From: Candidatus Shapirobacteria bacterium
GTDB taxonomy: Bacteria; Patescibacteriota; Microgenomatia; UBA12405
Assembly (NCBI GenBank): GCA_041665485.1
Contig: JBAYIT010000002.1
Coordinates: 69,867-133,866 of the forward strand
DNA: 64,000 nucleotides
Reading direction: 5' to 3'
Below the pieces are notes generated by a model, which was given only the letters and a program-made list of their open reading frames with translations, had not been told where the DNA came from and searched no databases. Positions within the stretch are counted from its first letter, which is position 1. Every line of letters starts with the position of its first letter. Positions 30,594 through 40,273 of this stretch are shown here, in pieces. Made by a program: the position numbers and the translations under genes.

Positions 30594-31036
30594 CATTACT
30601 TTTCATACCATTTTTTTTCTTACTCTATTTTCTATTTTTAAAAAACAACAACGATATCCGTCAAATCCGCTTACAAATCGGTGATAAATCTTTCTCCCTA
30701 GAAGTTGCCTCCGCTATTTGGCAACAAAGCAGGGGCCTGTCCAATCGCTCATCTTTATGCCCAAATTGCGGTATGTTGTTTGTTTTCCCAGAATCCCACA
30801 TTCAAACATTTTGGATGAAAGACACCCTTATCCCTCTCGATATAATTTTTATTGATACATTAGGTAAAATAGTTACTATTCACACTGCCAACCCCCAACC
30901 AAATACACCCATAAACAAACTCAAAACTTATTCCTCAACAAAAAATGCCCAATACGTTATCGAGCTCAATGCCGGCCAAGCAAAACTGTTAAACTTAACC
31001 ATCGGTCAAACCCTACCTCTACCTCTAACTTTATAA
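30572..31036 (+). CDS. DUF192 (COG1430) family protein, secreted/membrane anchored
   Basis: N-terminal TM, then GLSNRSSLCPNCGMLFVF...FWMKDTLIPLDIIFID..G.IV and YVIELNAGQ match the conserved DUF192 core (GMLFvF, fWMkNT.iPLDiiFi). Confidence 0.6.
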   Translation: MPKNRMLALLFIPFFFLLYFLFLKNNNDIRQIRLQIGDKSFSLEVASAIWQQSRGLSNRSSLCPNCGMLFVFPESHIQTFWMKDTLIPLDIIFIDTLGKIVTIHTANPQPNTPINKLKTYSSTKNAQYVIELNAGQAKLLNLTIGQTLPLPLTL

Positions 31037-31057
31037 CTTTCTAACTTTATAACTTTC
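31026..31057 (+). repeat. octanucleotide tandem repeat (taactttN)x4 spanning the DUF192 stop and the RBS region of the downstream GT4
   Basis: taacttta taactttc taacttta taactttc. It ends 11 nt before the ATG at 31069. Confidence 0.75.
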
Positions 31058-31068
31058 AAACTTAATTA

Positions 31069-32187
31069 ATGATTATTGGCATTGATGTTTCCGCCATTCC
31101 CTATGGTACCGGTGTTAGTAGCTACACTCTGAATTTAGTTCGTCATTTGCTCCGTATTGATAAAACTAACATTTACAAACTTTTTTTCTCCTCTCTCCGC
31201 CAGCCCCTACCTCCAGAAATCCAAGAACTTAAAGGAAAGAAAAATGTCAAAGTTTTCCACTTTCGTCTACCACCAACCTTTCTTGAGGTAATCTGGAACC
31301 AGCTTTATGTTTTACCCATCGAGCTTTTTATCGGTAAATGCGACGTCTTTCACACCTGGGATTGGTATCAACCTCCCTCACTTAACGCCAAAATTGTTAC
31401 CACCGTCCACGACCTGATTCCCTTTCTCTATCCTCAATGGCAACATCCCAAAACCATTACTACTTTCAAACGAAAATTTAACCAAGCCACCAGACACCCC
31501 ACCTCTTTTATTTGTGTTTCCCAAAACACCCGCACTGATCTTCTTAAACTATTCCCTAACATAAACTCCAAAAACATTACTATTATCTATGAAGCCGCCG
31601 AAGACAAATATTGCCCCCAAACCAAAGATAAAATCCAAAAGGTTAAAAAAATCTACGGACTCAACTCTTTTATTCTTGCCCAAGGAACTCGGGAACCACG
31701 AAAAAATCTTGATCGACTTATTAAAGCCTTCATTAAGTTCAAAGAACTCCATCCCCAAAACCAGACTGAATTAGCCATTACCGGCAAATATGGCTGGGGC
31801 CAAGATATTACCCACCCCCAACATTCTTATATCAAAATTCTAGGATATATTCCCGAAAAAGATATGCCCTCGCTTCACTCCGCCGCTCTTTGCTTAGCCT
31901 ACCCATCCCTCTATGAAGGTTTTGGCCTTCCGGTTATCAAATCCCTCAAGGTTGGCACCCCTGTTATTACCAGTAACACCTCATCTCTTCCAGAAGTCGC
32001 TGGCAACGCCACCATTTTGGTCAACCCAACCTCCGTCAAAGAAATAACCTTAGCCCTAACCAAAATAATTACCCAAAGCAACCTTCGTCAACAACTCAAA
32101 AGCATAAGTTTGGCTCAAGCTAAAAAGTTTAGTTGGACAATTACCGCCCGCCAAACCCTTTCCCTTTATCAATCCCTAATTAAATAA
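31069..32187 (+). CDS. glycosyltransferase, GT4-like
   Basis: [34 protein letters not shown] is a GT4 motif. Confidence 0.7.
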   Translation: MIIGIDVSAIPYGTGVSSYTLNLVRHLLRIDKTNIYKLFFSSLRQPLPPEIQELKGKKNVKVFHFRLPPTFLEVIWNQLYVLPIELFIGKCDVFHTWDWYQPPSLNAKIVTTVHDLIPFLYPQWQHPKTITTFKRKFNQATRHPTSFICVSQNTRTDLLKLFPNINSKNITIIYEAAEDKYCPQTKDKIQKVKKIYGLNSFILAQGTREPRKNLDRLIKAFIKFKELHPQNQTELAITGKYGWGQDITHPQHSYIKILGYIPEKDMPSLHSAALCLAYPSLYEGFGLPVIKSLKVGTPVITSNTSSLPEVAGNATILVNPTSVKEITLALTKIITQSNLRQQLKSISLAQAKKFSWTITARQTLSLYQSLIK

Positions 32188-32249
32188 ATTTAATAATTTA
32201 ATAATTTAAAATTGACTAAAAATTTAAAATTAAAAATTAAAAATTTCCT
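32188..32249 (+). repeat. AT-rich intergenic micro-repeats (aatttaat x2-3; aaaaatt x2-3) immediately upstream of the GT4 start
   Basis: aatttaataatttaataatttaaaatt...aatttaaaattaaaaattaaaaatt. No obvious purine-rich RBS. Confidence 0.6.
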
Positions 32250-33338
32250 ATGCTGATAGGTATCGACGGCAACGAAGCCAATCAACCAATTAGGGCCGGT
32301 GTTGGCCAATATGCTTTTCATATTCTTTGTAACTTAGCCAAACTTGATCAGCAAAACCAATATCTTATCTATCTTAAAGACCAACCTCTTTCTGATATGC
32401 CCAAGACCTCCAAAAATTGGCATTATCTAGTTTTCGGCCCCAAAAAACTCTGGACTAAGTTTGCCCTCCCCGTTTATCTCTTTACCCACTTCCCCAGACC
32501 TAATGTTTTCTTCTCTCCAAACCAATATTCACCTATCTTCTCTCCTTGCCCCACCATTCCCACTGTTCACGACATTGGTTATCTCACTTACCCCGAACAA
32601 TTTACCAAAAAAGATCTTTTCCAATTAACTTATTGGACCAAAGCTTCTATTTTTCGAGCTAAATACATTGTCGCTGTTTCTGAGTTTACCAAAAATGAGC
32701 TTATAAAAACTTATCATCTTGACCCCCAGAAAATCTCCATCGTCTACAACGGAGTAGACAGTCCCCCAATTACCGATTACCGATTACCAATTACCAAATT
32801 TAAAATTAATCAACCCTTCTTCCTCTCCGTCGGCACCCTTAAACCAAACAAAAATATTCCCTATATACTCGAAGCTTTTTCTTTATTTTTAACAAAGCAA
32901 CCCAACTACCAGCTAGTTATTGCCGGCAAAAAGGGTTGGCTTTTTGACGAAATATTTTCTACTGTCAAGAAATTAAAACTGGAATCTAAAGTTATTTTTA
33001 CCGATTACATCAGCGAAAACGAAAAATGGTGGCTTTACACTCAGGCTAGGGCCACCCTTATCCCCAGCCTTTATGAAGGTTTTGGTATTCCGGCCATCGA
33101 AAGCCAAAGAGTCAGCACTCCCGTTATTGCCAGCAACATCGAATCTTTAAAAGAAATACTCGACAAATCAGCTTTATTCGTCGACCCCAAAAACTATTTT
33201 GACCTAGCCAAAAAAATGCATGAAATCATTAATCCCAAAGTTCGGAAAGAATTAATTACTGCCGGACTTTCCCAAAGTCAAAAATTCACCTGGACAAACT
33301 CTGCTAAAACCTTAATCAACCTCTTTAATCAGTTATAA
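32250..33338 (+). CDS. glycosyltransferase, GT4-like
   Basis: [33 protein letters not shown] is a GT4 motif. A paralogue of 31069-32187. Contains an in-frame heptamer repeat at 32769-32796. Confidence 0.7.
   Translation: MLIGIDGNEANQPIRAGVGQYAFHILCNLAKLDQQNQYLIYLKDQPLSDMPKTSKNWHYLVFGPKKLWTKFALPVYLFTHFPRPNVFFSPNQYSPIFSPCPTIPTVHDIGYLTYPEQFTKKDLFQLTYWTKASIFRAKYIVAVSEFTKNELIKTYHLDPQKISIVYNGVDSPPITDYRLPITKFKINQPFFLSVGTLKPNKNIPYILEAFSLFLTKQPNYQLVIAGKKGWLFDEIFSTVKKLKLESKVIFTDYISENEKWWLYTQARATLIPSLYEGFGIPAIESQRVSTPVIASNIESLKEILDKSALFVDPKNYFDLAKKMHEIINPKVRKELITAGLSQSQKFTWTNSAKTLINLFNQL
32769..32796 (+). repeat. heptanucleotide tandem repeat (attaccN)x4 inside the GT4 coding sequence
   Basis: attaccg attaccg attacca attacca. 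In frame it encodes ITDYRLPIT. Confidence 0.75.
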
Positions 33339-33346
33339 TCAAAACT

Positions 33347-33943
33347 ATGAATGAGTACGTTGGCCAACCAGTCTCCATCAGCAATATTCTTCCCAAAATT
33401 ACTAACCGAACTAAAACTATCTTTCTCGAATTCTGGTTATATGTTTTACGTCTTGTTGGCCTAATTCCTAGCCATACTATCCGCAATCTCTTTTACATCA
33501 TTTCCGGTATTAAAATGCCCTTTTTTGGTTCTGTCATTCATCTTGGCGCCAACTTTTTCACTCCTCAAGGCATTACTATCGGCCAAAACACCATTATCGG
33601 CTACAGATCTTTTCTTGACGGAAGAGGAAAACTTAAAATCGGCAACCATGTTGATATTGCCTCAGAAGTTATGATCTACACCGATGAACACGATGTTAAT
33701 TCAGAAAATTTCGGCAATTCTTTCGCTCCAGTAATTATTGAAGACTATGTCTTCATTGGACCCCGCTCAATTATTCTTCCTGGCGTAACTATCAGTAAAG
33801 GCGCCGTCGTTGCTGCCGGCGCTGTCGTTACTAAAAGCATCCCTCCAGGTGAAATTTGGGGCGGAGTTCCAGCCAAAAAAATAAAAGATCGTGGTCTAAA
33901 AAGCTACAATTACCGCCTCGGTCGGCCCATGCTTTTCCAATGA
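33347..33943 (+). CDS. sugar O-acetyltransferase, left-handed beta-helix (hexapeptide repeat; WbbJ/LacA-like)
   Basis: Repeating [LIV]G-x4 hexapeptides ([41 protein letters not shown]) and C-terminal [15 protein letters not shown]. Confidence 0.75.
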   Translation: MNEYVGQPVSISNILPKITNRTKTIFLEFWLYVLRLVGLIPSHTIRNLFYIISGIKMPFFGSVIHLGANFFTPQGITIGQNTIIGYRSFLDGRGKLKIGNHVDIASEVMIYTDEHDVNSENFGNSFAPVIIEDYVFIGPRSIILPGVTISKGAVVAAGAVVTKSIPPGEIWGGVPAKKIKDRGLKSYNYRLGRPMLFQ

Positions 33944-34488
33944 TCAAAAAAATTATCCTAATCTTAGTTCTTGTCTCTAATCTCTTATTTCTATCTTATC
34001 TTCTTTCTCCCACCCCCAGCCTTCCACCCCTAGCCAACAGCGCTATATCCAATCTCCCCGGCGACACCGTTCAAGTTTCCAATGTCTCCGGCTTTTTTAC
34101 CAACCAAACCCGGCAACAAGTCATTAATTTTTACAAAGCCAACTATACCGGCCCGTTCCGCATTATTCTCAATCACCCTCCAGAAAAAGCTAGAGAGGTA
34201 ATTGTTGACACTATCCCAAGCTATTATTTCGAAGAATTTATTCTCCCCTTTAAAGAAACACTATATATTAATGGTTATGAGTGGCAAAACGATGTTTTTA
34301 CCAAACTGGAAAACAGACTTAAAAATAAACTTATTTACGACAGCAAAGAGTATTTTTCTAAAATCACTATTCGTCGTTTTCCTGTCAGTATCAAAAACCG
34401 CCTCGTTAATTTCTTCATCGTTGAAGCTGGAATTTTAGCCATAATTAGTATCTACTACATTAAAGTCTTCAAGAAAAATGCCAGTTAA
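33940..34488 (+). CDS. hypothetical membrane-anchored protein
   Basis: Start at ATG 33940, overlapping the upstream stop. N-terminal TM helix ([18 protein letters not shown]) and a C-terminal TM helix. No motif. Confidence 0.35.
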   Translation: MIKKIILILVLVSNLLFLSYLLSPTPSLPPLANSAISNLPGDTVQVSNVSGFFTNQTRQQVINFYKANYTGPFRIILNHPPEKAREVIVDTIPSYYFEEFILPFKETLYINGYEWQNDVFTKLENRLKNKLIYDSKEYFSKITIRRFPVSIKNRLVNFFIVEAGILAIISIYYIKVFKKNAS

Positions 34489-35452
34489 ACCAATACTATC
34501 TATCATTATCGTTTCCTATAATGTTGCTCCTTTCATTGAAAATTGTTTAAAATCAATTTTTGCTGACAAAAACCTAGATTTTAATGGTGACTCTAAGAAT
34601 TCCAAAACCCCCGCCGAGCTCATCATCGTCGACAACCATTCCTCCGACGCCAGCGTTTCGATCATTAAAAATTTTCAAATTAAAAATTGTTTAAAAATTT
34701 CAAATTTCAAATTAAAAATCAGTCATTCCAATCAAGGTTTTTCCCAAGCCAATAATCTCGGCGTCAAACAAGCCCAGGGCAACTACCTCCTCTTCTTGAA
34801 TCCTGACACTGTCATCCTCCATTCCTCAATTAGCCAATCTCTTGATTGGTTATCTAGTCACCCTGAAGCTCTTGGTTGCACTGCCCAACTTCTCAACACC
34901 GACAAAACCATTCAACCATCAGGTGGCTTTTTTCCCAATCTATTAAATCTCTTTACTTGGTCAACCAACCTCGACGACCTACCCCTGACAAACGATCTTA
35001 TTAAGCCCATTCACCCCCACAGTCCTATTTTTTATACTCATCCAAAATTCTATCTCCAAGACCACTCCCAAGATTGGCTTACCGGCGCCTGTATTCTCCT
35101 CCGCAAAAACGCCTTTGATCAAGTTGGTGGATTTGACCAAGACTACTTTATGTACGGCGAGGAATTAGAACTCTGTTATCGGTTGAAAAAAGTTTTTCCT
35201 TTAAAAAAGTTTTGGTACCTTATCGGCCCTCAAATAACCCATCTCGGTGGCGGTTCATCTGTCAATCGCCTCAATCCACTTATTAATGAATATCATGGTA
35301 TTATCGCTTTCTTTAAAAAACATCAACCCTCTTGGCAATTACCTCTCGCCAAGTTACTAATTAAATTCAACTGTCTCTGTCATTATCTTCTTTATCTTAT
35401 TAAGAAACCGGAAACCGCCAAGCTTTATCAACAAATTTTTTCCCAACTATGA
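34478..35452 (+). CDS. glycosyltransferase family 2
   Basis: ILSIIIVSYNVAPFIENCLKSI...IIVDNHSSD, GFSQANNLG, FLNPDT and YGEELELC are GT2 motifs (DxD, QxxRW-type region). Carries an AT-rich 7-mer repeat insert at 34667-34720. Confidence 0.7.
   Translation: MPVKPILSIIIVSYNVAPFIENCLKSIFADKNLDFNGDSKNSKTPAELIIVDNHSSDASVSIIKNFQIKNCLKISNFKLKISHSNQGFSQANNLGVKQAQGNYLLFLNPDTVILHSSISQSLDWLSSHPEALGCTAQLLNTDKTIQPSGGFFPNLLNLFTWSTNLDDLPLTNDLIKPIHPHSPIFYTHPKFYLQDHSQDWLTGACILLRKNAFDQVGGFDQDYFMYGEELELCYRLKKVFPLKKFWYLIGPQITHLGGGSSVNRLNPLINEYHGIIAFFKKHQPSWQLPLAKLLIKFNCLCHYLLYLIKKPETAKLYQQIFSQL
34667..34720 (+). repeat. AT-rich 7-mer tandem array (aaaaatt/tcaaatt)x7 inside the GT2 coding sequence
   Basis: aaaaatt ttcaaatt aaaaatt gttt aaaaatt tcaaatt tcaaatt aaaaatc. 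It encodes KNFQIKNCLKISNFKLKI at the same linker position as the 38412 repeat in the paralogue. Confidence 0.75.
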
Positions 35453-36828
35453 CTTTTAATCTTTTTCGTCCAATCCTTGCCATCCTCCTTCTTTTTATTC
35501 CCCTATATCCAAAATTCCCCTTGTCTTTTGCTCAAGGCGCTCAAGTCGCTTTTCGTCTTGACGACATTATCATTGCTCTAGTTTTTTTAATCTACCTCGT
35601 TAATCAGATAAAAAACCGATTTCCAATTTTAAAATTAAAGGTGACCTGGGTAATTTTAGCCTACCTTATCGCCATTACTTTAAGTAGTCTTAATGCTTTC
35701 CTAATTTACCAAACCACCCCCACCCATATTCTTCTTCTCCATCTCCTAAGACGTTTTCAATATATCTCCCTATTTTTTGTCACCCTTGAAGCCATTAAAA
35801 CCCGCCGTGATTTTAAGTTTATCTATCTTTTTACTTGCCTTGCCTTTATTGGTGTCTTTGCCTATGGCATTGGCCAAAAATACTTTAACCTTCCCATTAT
35901 TTCCACCATGAACTTTGAGTTCGCCAAAGGCCAACTCCTCCAAATGAATTTTTGGAGTCGAATCAGTTCCACTTTTGCCGGACATTATGATCTGGCCGCC
36001 TATTTAAGTGTCATTTCCGTCATCTTCTTTGGTGTCTTTTTGTCTCAAAAAAACAAACTTTATCGCTTCTTTTCTTTCATCCTTTGGTTAATGGCTTTCT
36101 ACCTACTCACTTTAACTGCCGCCAGAATCTCCACCTTTGCCTACTGGGGCGGAGTCACTCTCCTCTGTCTTCTTCTCAAACGTTTCTTCTGGATTATTCC
36201 CACCAGTCTCTTGGTGGTTCTAAGCATCGTTAGCTCCAAAGATCTTAACCAACGTCTGCTTGCCACCATCCCCAGTATCAAGCCTTATTTTTCCCAGAAT
36301 ATCGCCAAACCAACTCCAGCAACCATTCCCACTATTACCCCAGTTCTTACACCAATTCCAACATCTAAAATCCAAGATCTAACATCTAAGATCTCTCCAA
36401 TACCCACCGTTTTCCGCCACAAACCTGAAGAGTTTCCTCCAGTTGATGCTGACGCCGGCGTTGCCAGAAGTGGCGAAATCCGTTTTAATGTCGAATGGCC
36501 CCGGGCCATTACCGCTTTTAATAAAAATAAACTATTGGGAACCGCCCCCGGCTCTATTACTTTAGCCACCGACAACGATTATCTCCGCAGTCTCGGCGAA
36601 ACCGGACTCCTTGGTTTTGTCACCTTTTGCCTCATCTTTGTTTACTTTTTTATCAATCTAATCAAAAAATCTACTGCCCTCAACCTTGTTTTTGCCACCG
36701 CCATTCTCATTGTCTTGGTCAACGCCATTTTTATCGATATTTTCGAAGCTTCAAAAACCGCCTACCTTTTTTGGATGATGATGGCTGTTTTTTATAAATC
36801 GGAAACTTTAAATGATTCAAAAGGTTAG
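35449..36828 (+). CDS. O-antigen ligase/polymerase-like (Wzy_C-like) polytopic membrane protein with Pro/Thr-rich loop
   Basis: 459 aa with more than 10 TM segments and a large hydrophilic loop (residues approx. 280-370) rich in P/T/I. The architecture resembles WaaL/Wzy. Confidence 0.45.
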   Translation: MTFNLFRPILAILLLFIPLYPKFPLSFAQGAQVAFRLDDIIIALVFLIYLVNQIKNRFPILKLKVTWVILAYLIAITLSSLNAFLIYQTTPTHILLLHLLRRFQYISLFFVTLEAIKTRRDFKFIYLFTCLAFIGVFAYGIGQKYFNLPIISTMNFEFAKGQLLQMNFWSRISSTFAGHYDLAAYLSVISVIFFGVFLSQKNKLYRFFSFILWLMAFYLLTLTAARISTFAYWGGVTLLCLLLKRFFWIIPTSLLVVLSIVSSKDLNQRLLATIPSIKPYFSQNIAKPTPATIPTITPVLTPIPTSKIQDLTSKISPIPTVFRHKPEEFPPVDADAGVARSGEIRFNVEWPRAITAFNKNKLLGTAPGSITLATDNDYLRSLGETGLLGFVTFCLIFVYFFINLIKKSTALNLVFATAILIVLVNAIFIDIFEASKTAYLFWMMMAVFYKSETLNDSKG

Positions 36829-38227
36829 TCTAATTGCCGTTTTAGTTATTGGTCTAATTCTTCGTCTTTACAAAATCGATTCTCCCCTCGCTGATTGGCA
36901 CTCTCACCGCCAAGCTGACACCGCCTCGGTCACCCGTAATCTTTCTCAAAATTTAGAAAATTTTTTTACCCCCACTTATCATGATTTAAGTAATCTTCAA
37001 TCCGGCCAAGAGAATCCCCAAGGTTACCGCATGGTTGAGCTCCCTCTTTACAATCTCTTTTCCCTAATCACCGTCAAAATTACTGGGCAAAGTCTCGAAA
37101 TTAGTAGCCGTCTAACCTCAATTCTCTTCTCTCTTGGTAGTAGCTTTATTATTTTTCTCATTGTCCGCCGTCTTACTAATCTTTTTTGGCCATCTCTCCT
37201 TTCTACTGCTGTCTTTTTATTTTTGCCTTTTAGTATCTATTATTCTCGGGCAATTCTTCCCGAAAACGTGGCCGTTTTTTTTATGCTCCTCTGCCTCTAT
37301 TTCTTTCCAAAAAATCTTATTGTCGCTGGGATTACTCTCGGACTTTCTTTTCTTGTCAAGCCATTTACCGGCTTTATCGTCTTTCCGGCCCTAATTTATT
37401 TAACCCTCTCCCATCGTCCACCACTTTTAAAGCTTTTCATCTTTTTTGTTCTGGCGATCCTGCCATTCTTTTTCTGGCGTCAACATATTTCCCATTTTCC
37501 TCAAGGCATACCCGCCTCTGCCTGGTTGTTTAACAACAGCGATAAGCCAATTTTTCCCGAATGGTATCGTGGTTATAATTTAACCTTCATCAACCATCTG
37601 GTTGCCTTCCGTCCCAGTTGGTTTAACTGGCTCTTCAACATCCGCATCAATCAGCTGATCCTCGGTTCTTTTGGCCTTGTCCCTTTTATTGTCGGTTTTG
37701 CCTATCGTCATCGTCAGGTAAAAATAACTAATTTTTCACTTTTTCTCGGAACCATGTTCTATTTTATTATCGTTGCTCAAGGCAATATCCAGCACGACTA
37801 TTATCAAATTCTTATCATTCCTCAAATTGCTATTTCCACCGGCCTTGGTCTCTATTATCTTCGGCAACATTCCTTTTTTCTATTTCTTATTCCCGTAACT
37901 ATTGGCTTAGTCATCAGCTGGTCTCAAATCAAAAATTATTACCATATTAATAATCAAAATATTATTAAAGCCGGCCAAATTGCCAATCAACTTCTTCCTC
38001 AAGATGCTATTGTTGTTGCCCCCTACAACGGCGACACAAGCTTTCTTTATCAAATTAATCGTTCCGGTTATCCCATCGATATTTACGATCTTGATTCAAT
38101 CAAAAATCTCCACCCCAATAATCCATTATTCTTGGTTTCAGTAAACTTTGATGACTATACCAACAAAATTATCAAATCAAATACTGTCATAATCCAAAAT
38201 AAAGATTTTGTAATTGTTAAACTATAA
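36812..38227 (+). CDS. GT-C fold membrane glycosyltransferase (ArnT/PMT-like)
   Basis: 471 aa. N-terminal TM, then loop SPLADWHSHRQADTASVTRN (an acidic motif as in PMT_2 family proteins). More than 10 TM segments. Confidence 0.5.
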   Translation: MIQKVSLIAVLVIGLILRLYKIDSPLADWHSHRQADTASVTRNLSQNLENFFTPTYHDLSNLQSGQENPQGYRMVELPLYNLFSLITVKITGQSLEISSRLTSILFSLGSSFIIFLIVRRLTNLFWPSLLSTAVFLFLPFSIYYSRAILPENVAVFFMLLCLYFFPKNLIVAGITLGLSFLVKPFTGFIVFPALIYLTLSHRPPLLKLFIFFVLAILPFFFWRQHISHFPQGIPASAWLFNNSDKPIFPEWYRGYNLTFINHLVAFRPSWFNWLFNIRINQLILGSFGLVPFIVGFAYRHRQVKITNFSLFLGTMFYFIIVAQGNIQHDYYQILIIPQIAISTGLGLYYLRQHSFFLFLIPVTIGLVISWSQIKNYYHINNQNIIKAGQIANQLLPQDAIVVAPYNGDTSFLYQINRSGYPIDIYDLDSIKNLHPNNPLFLVSVNFDDYTNKIIKSNTVIIQNKDFVIVKL

Positions 38228-38231
38228 ACAA

Positions 38232-39158
38232 ATGACCCCCGACCTATCTATTGTTATTTTGAATTTCAATACCGGTGACTATCTAAAAAAATGTCTTGAA
38301 AGTATCTACCAAAGCCAACTTAAACATCAAATAGAAGTTATTGTTGTTGACAACGCCTCCACCGATGACAGTATCGATCAAGCCAAAAAACTTGATTTTA
38401 AGTCCAAAAAAATTCTAGATTCTAGATTCTTGATTCTAGATTCTAATTTGGGTTTTGCTCAAGGCAACAATCAAGGAATTAAATTAGTCAACCCTCAAAG
38501 TAGATACGTTCTTTTCCTAAATCCCGACACCACCGTCAATTCCGACACTCTCTCTGGCACCATCGATTATCTCGATTCTCACCCTAAAATCGACGCCGCC
38601 ACCGTCAATGTAGTTTTTGTCAAAACCGGCCAAACTCAACCCGAATGTCATCGCGGTTTCCCCAGTCCTGGGAACGCCTTCTTCCACTTTTTTCTTCCTT
38701 TTCTTCCTAAAATCTTTCCCAAATCTAAATTATTTAATGGTTATTTCCTTGGCCACCTTGACTTTAATCAACCTCAAATTATTGACGCCTGTGTTGGCGC
38801 CTTCATCGTTCTTAAAAAGAGGGTAGGGGAGACTGTTGGCTGGTGGTGTCCCGACTATTTTTTCTACGGCGAAGACCTTGATCTTTGTTACCAAATTCAA
38901 CAACACGGTTTTAAACTCTGGTATCTCCCCCAATACCAAATTCACCATTTTCAAGGTATTTCTTCCGGAGTTAACAATGCCACCTCCAAGGCCTCTCGGT
39001 CTACTAAAATAAAAATCGCCAAGGCCTCTACAGACGCCATGAGAATTTTTTATCGCCGAAATCTTCTCCACCATTACTCGCCACTTTCCCAAAAAATAAT
39101 TCTCTTTGGGATTAAATTGCTAGAACTTCAACGCCTTTTCAAAGCCAAATATTTATGA
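38232..39158 (+). CDS. glycosyltransferase family 2
   Basis: Start at ATG 38232. LSIVILNFNTGDYLKKCLESI...VIVVDNASTDDS, GFAQGNNQG, FLNPDT and YGEDLDLCYQI. A paralogue of 34478-35452. Contains a heptamer tandem repeat at 38412-38446. Confidence 0.7.
   Translation: MTPDLSIVILNFNTGDYLKKCLESIYQSQLKHQIEVIVVDNASTDDSIDQAKKLDFKSKKILDSRFLILDSNLGFAQGNNQGIKLVNPQSRYVLFLNPDTTVNSDTLSGTIDYLDSHPKIDAATVNVVFVKTGQTQPECHRGFPSPGNAFFHFFLPFLPKIFPKSKLFNGYFLGHLDFNQPQIIDACVGAFIVLKKRVGETVGWWCPDYFFYGEDLDLCYQIQQHGFKLWYLPQYQIHHFQGISSGVNNATSKASRSTKIKIAKASTDAMRIFYRRNLLHHYSPLSQKIILFGIKLLELQRLFKAKYL
38412..38446 (+). repeat. imperfect heptanucleotide tandem repeat (attctag)x5 inside the GT2 coding sequence
   Basis: attctag attctag attcttg attctag attctaa. 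In frame it encodes ILDSRFLILDSN between the DxD and GFAQGNN motifs. Confidence 0.8.
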
Positions 39159-40273
39159 AACACCTAGTTATTGACGCCCGATGGTACGGCCCCAAACACA
39201 CCGGTATTGGCCGTTATACTCAAAACTTAATTTTAGAGTTAATCAAAATTAAAGACTTTCAGAAAAATATTAAATTAACTCTCTTAATTCACCCGGAAGA
39301 TAAGAAAAACATTCAATCGGAACTTGGATTAGATATTAATTTTGTCACCACCAACATTACTCACTATTCTTTCCTCGACCAGATCATTACCCCCTTTATT
39401 CTTTACCATCTTCAGCCCGACCTCGTCCACTTTACCCACATTGACAAACCGATTCTTTATTTCAGTAAAAGTGTTGTTACTATCCACGACCTGATTAAAA
39501 ACTTTTCTACCGGCCCGGAAACTACCACCAAAAATATCGGTATCTACTGGATCAAACAATTTGCCTATCTTCTAAATAGCTGGTTTTCCATTAAATTCAA
39601 TTCTCTTATTGTTCCCAGTAATTATTGGAAAAATTATCTTATTTCTCATTACCACCTTCTAGCTTCGCAGGTCACCACCACCCACGAAGCCGTCGACCCC
39701 AAATTCCTAAAATTAAAAACTAAGAACTACCAACTAAGAACTAAGAACTATCTCTTATATACTGGCAATCTCTACCCTCATAAAAATCTCGACGTTGTCC
39801 TTCAAACCCTTACCAAACTACCCAATCTCAAACTAAAAATAATTTCCAAGCCTTCAGTTTTTCTCGATCGTCTAAAGGCCACCATTCAAGAACTCCATCT
39901 TCAAAAACAAGTCGAATTTTTAGGTTTCGTCCCCGACAATGATTTTCAAAAAATATATCAAGAAGCCCTCGCTTTTGTTTTCCCCAGTCTCATGGAAGGT
40001 TTTGGCCTACCGCCACTCGAAGCCATGAGCTTAGATTGCCCGGTTATTTCTTCAAATAGTAGCTGTTCTCCGGAAATCTACCAACAGGCTGTCCTTTATT
40101 TTAATCCAAAAGACCCAGATGATTTAGTAAAACAAATTAATCTTCTCACTACTAAGCCCAGTCTTCGTCAACAATTAATTGCCAACGGCTACCAACAAGT
40201 TAAAAAATATTCATGGTCCAAAACAGCCAAACAAACCCTTGCGGTCTATAAAAAACTCTTAAATACTAATTGA
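39155..40273 (+). CDS. glycosyltransferase, GT4-like
   Basis: PSLMEGFGLPPLEAMSLDCPVISSNSSCSPEI is a GT4 motif. Heptamer repeat at 39720-39750. The stop lies inside the heptamer array at 40268-40299. Confidence 0.7.
   Translation: MKHLVIDARWYGPKHTGIGRYTQNLILELIKIKDFQKNIKLTLLIHPEDKKNIQSELGLDINFVTTNITHYSFLDQIITPFILYHLQPDLVHFTHIDKPILYFSKSVVTIHDLIKNFSTGPETTTKNIGIYWIKQFAYLLNSWFSIKFNSLIVPSNYWKNYLISHYHLLASQVTTTHEAVDPKFLKLKTKNYQLRTKNYLLYTGNLYPHKNLDVVLQTLTKLPNLKLKIISKPSVFLDRLKATIQELHLQKQVEFLGFVPDNDFQKIYQEALAFVFPSLMEGFGLPPLEAMSLDCPVISSNSSCSPEIYQQAVLYFNPKDPDDLVKQINLLTTKPSLRQQLIANGYQQVKKYSWSKTAKQTLAVYKKLLNTN
39720..39750 (+). repeat. heptanucleotide tandem repeat (ctaagaa)x4, imperfect, inside the GT4 coding sequence
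   Basis: ctaagaa ctaccaa ctaagaa ctaagaa cta. It encodes KTKNYQLRTKNY. Confidence 0.75.
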
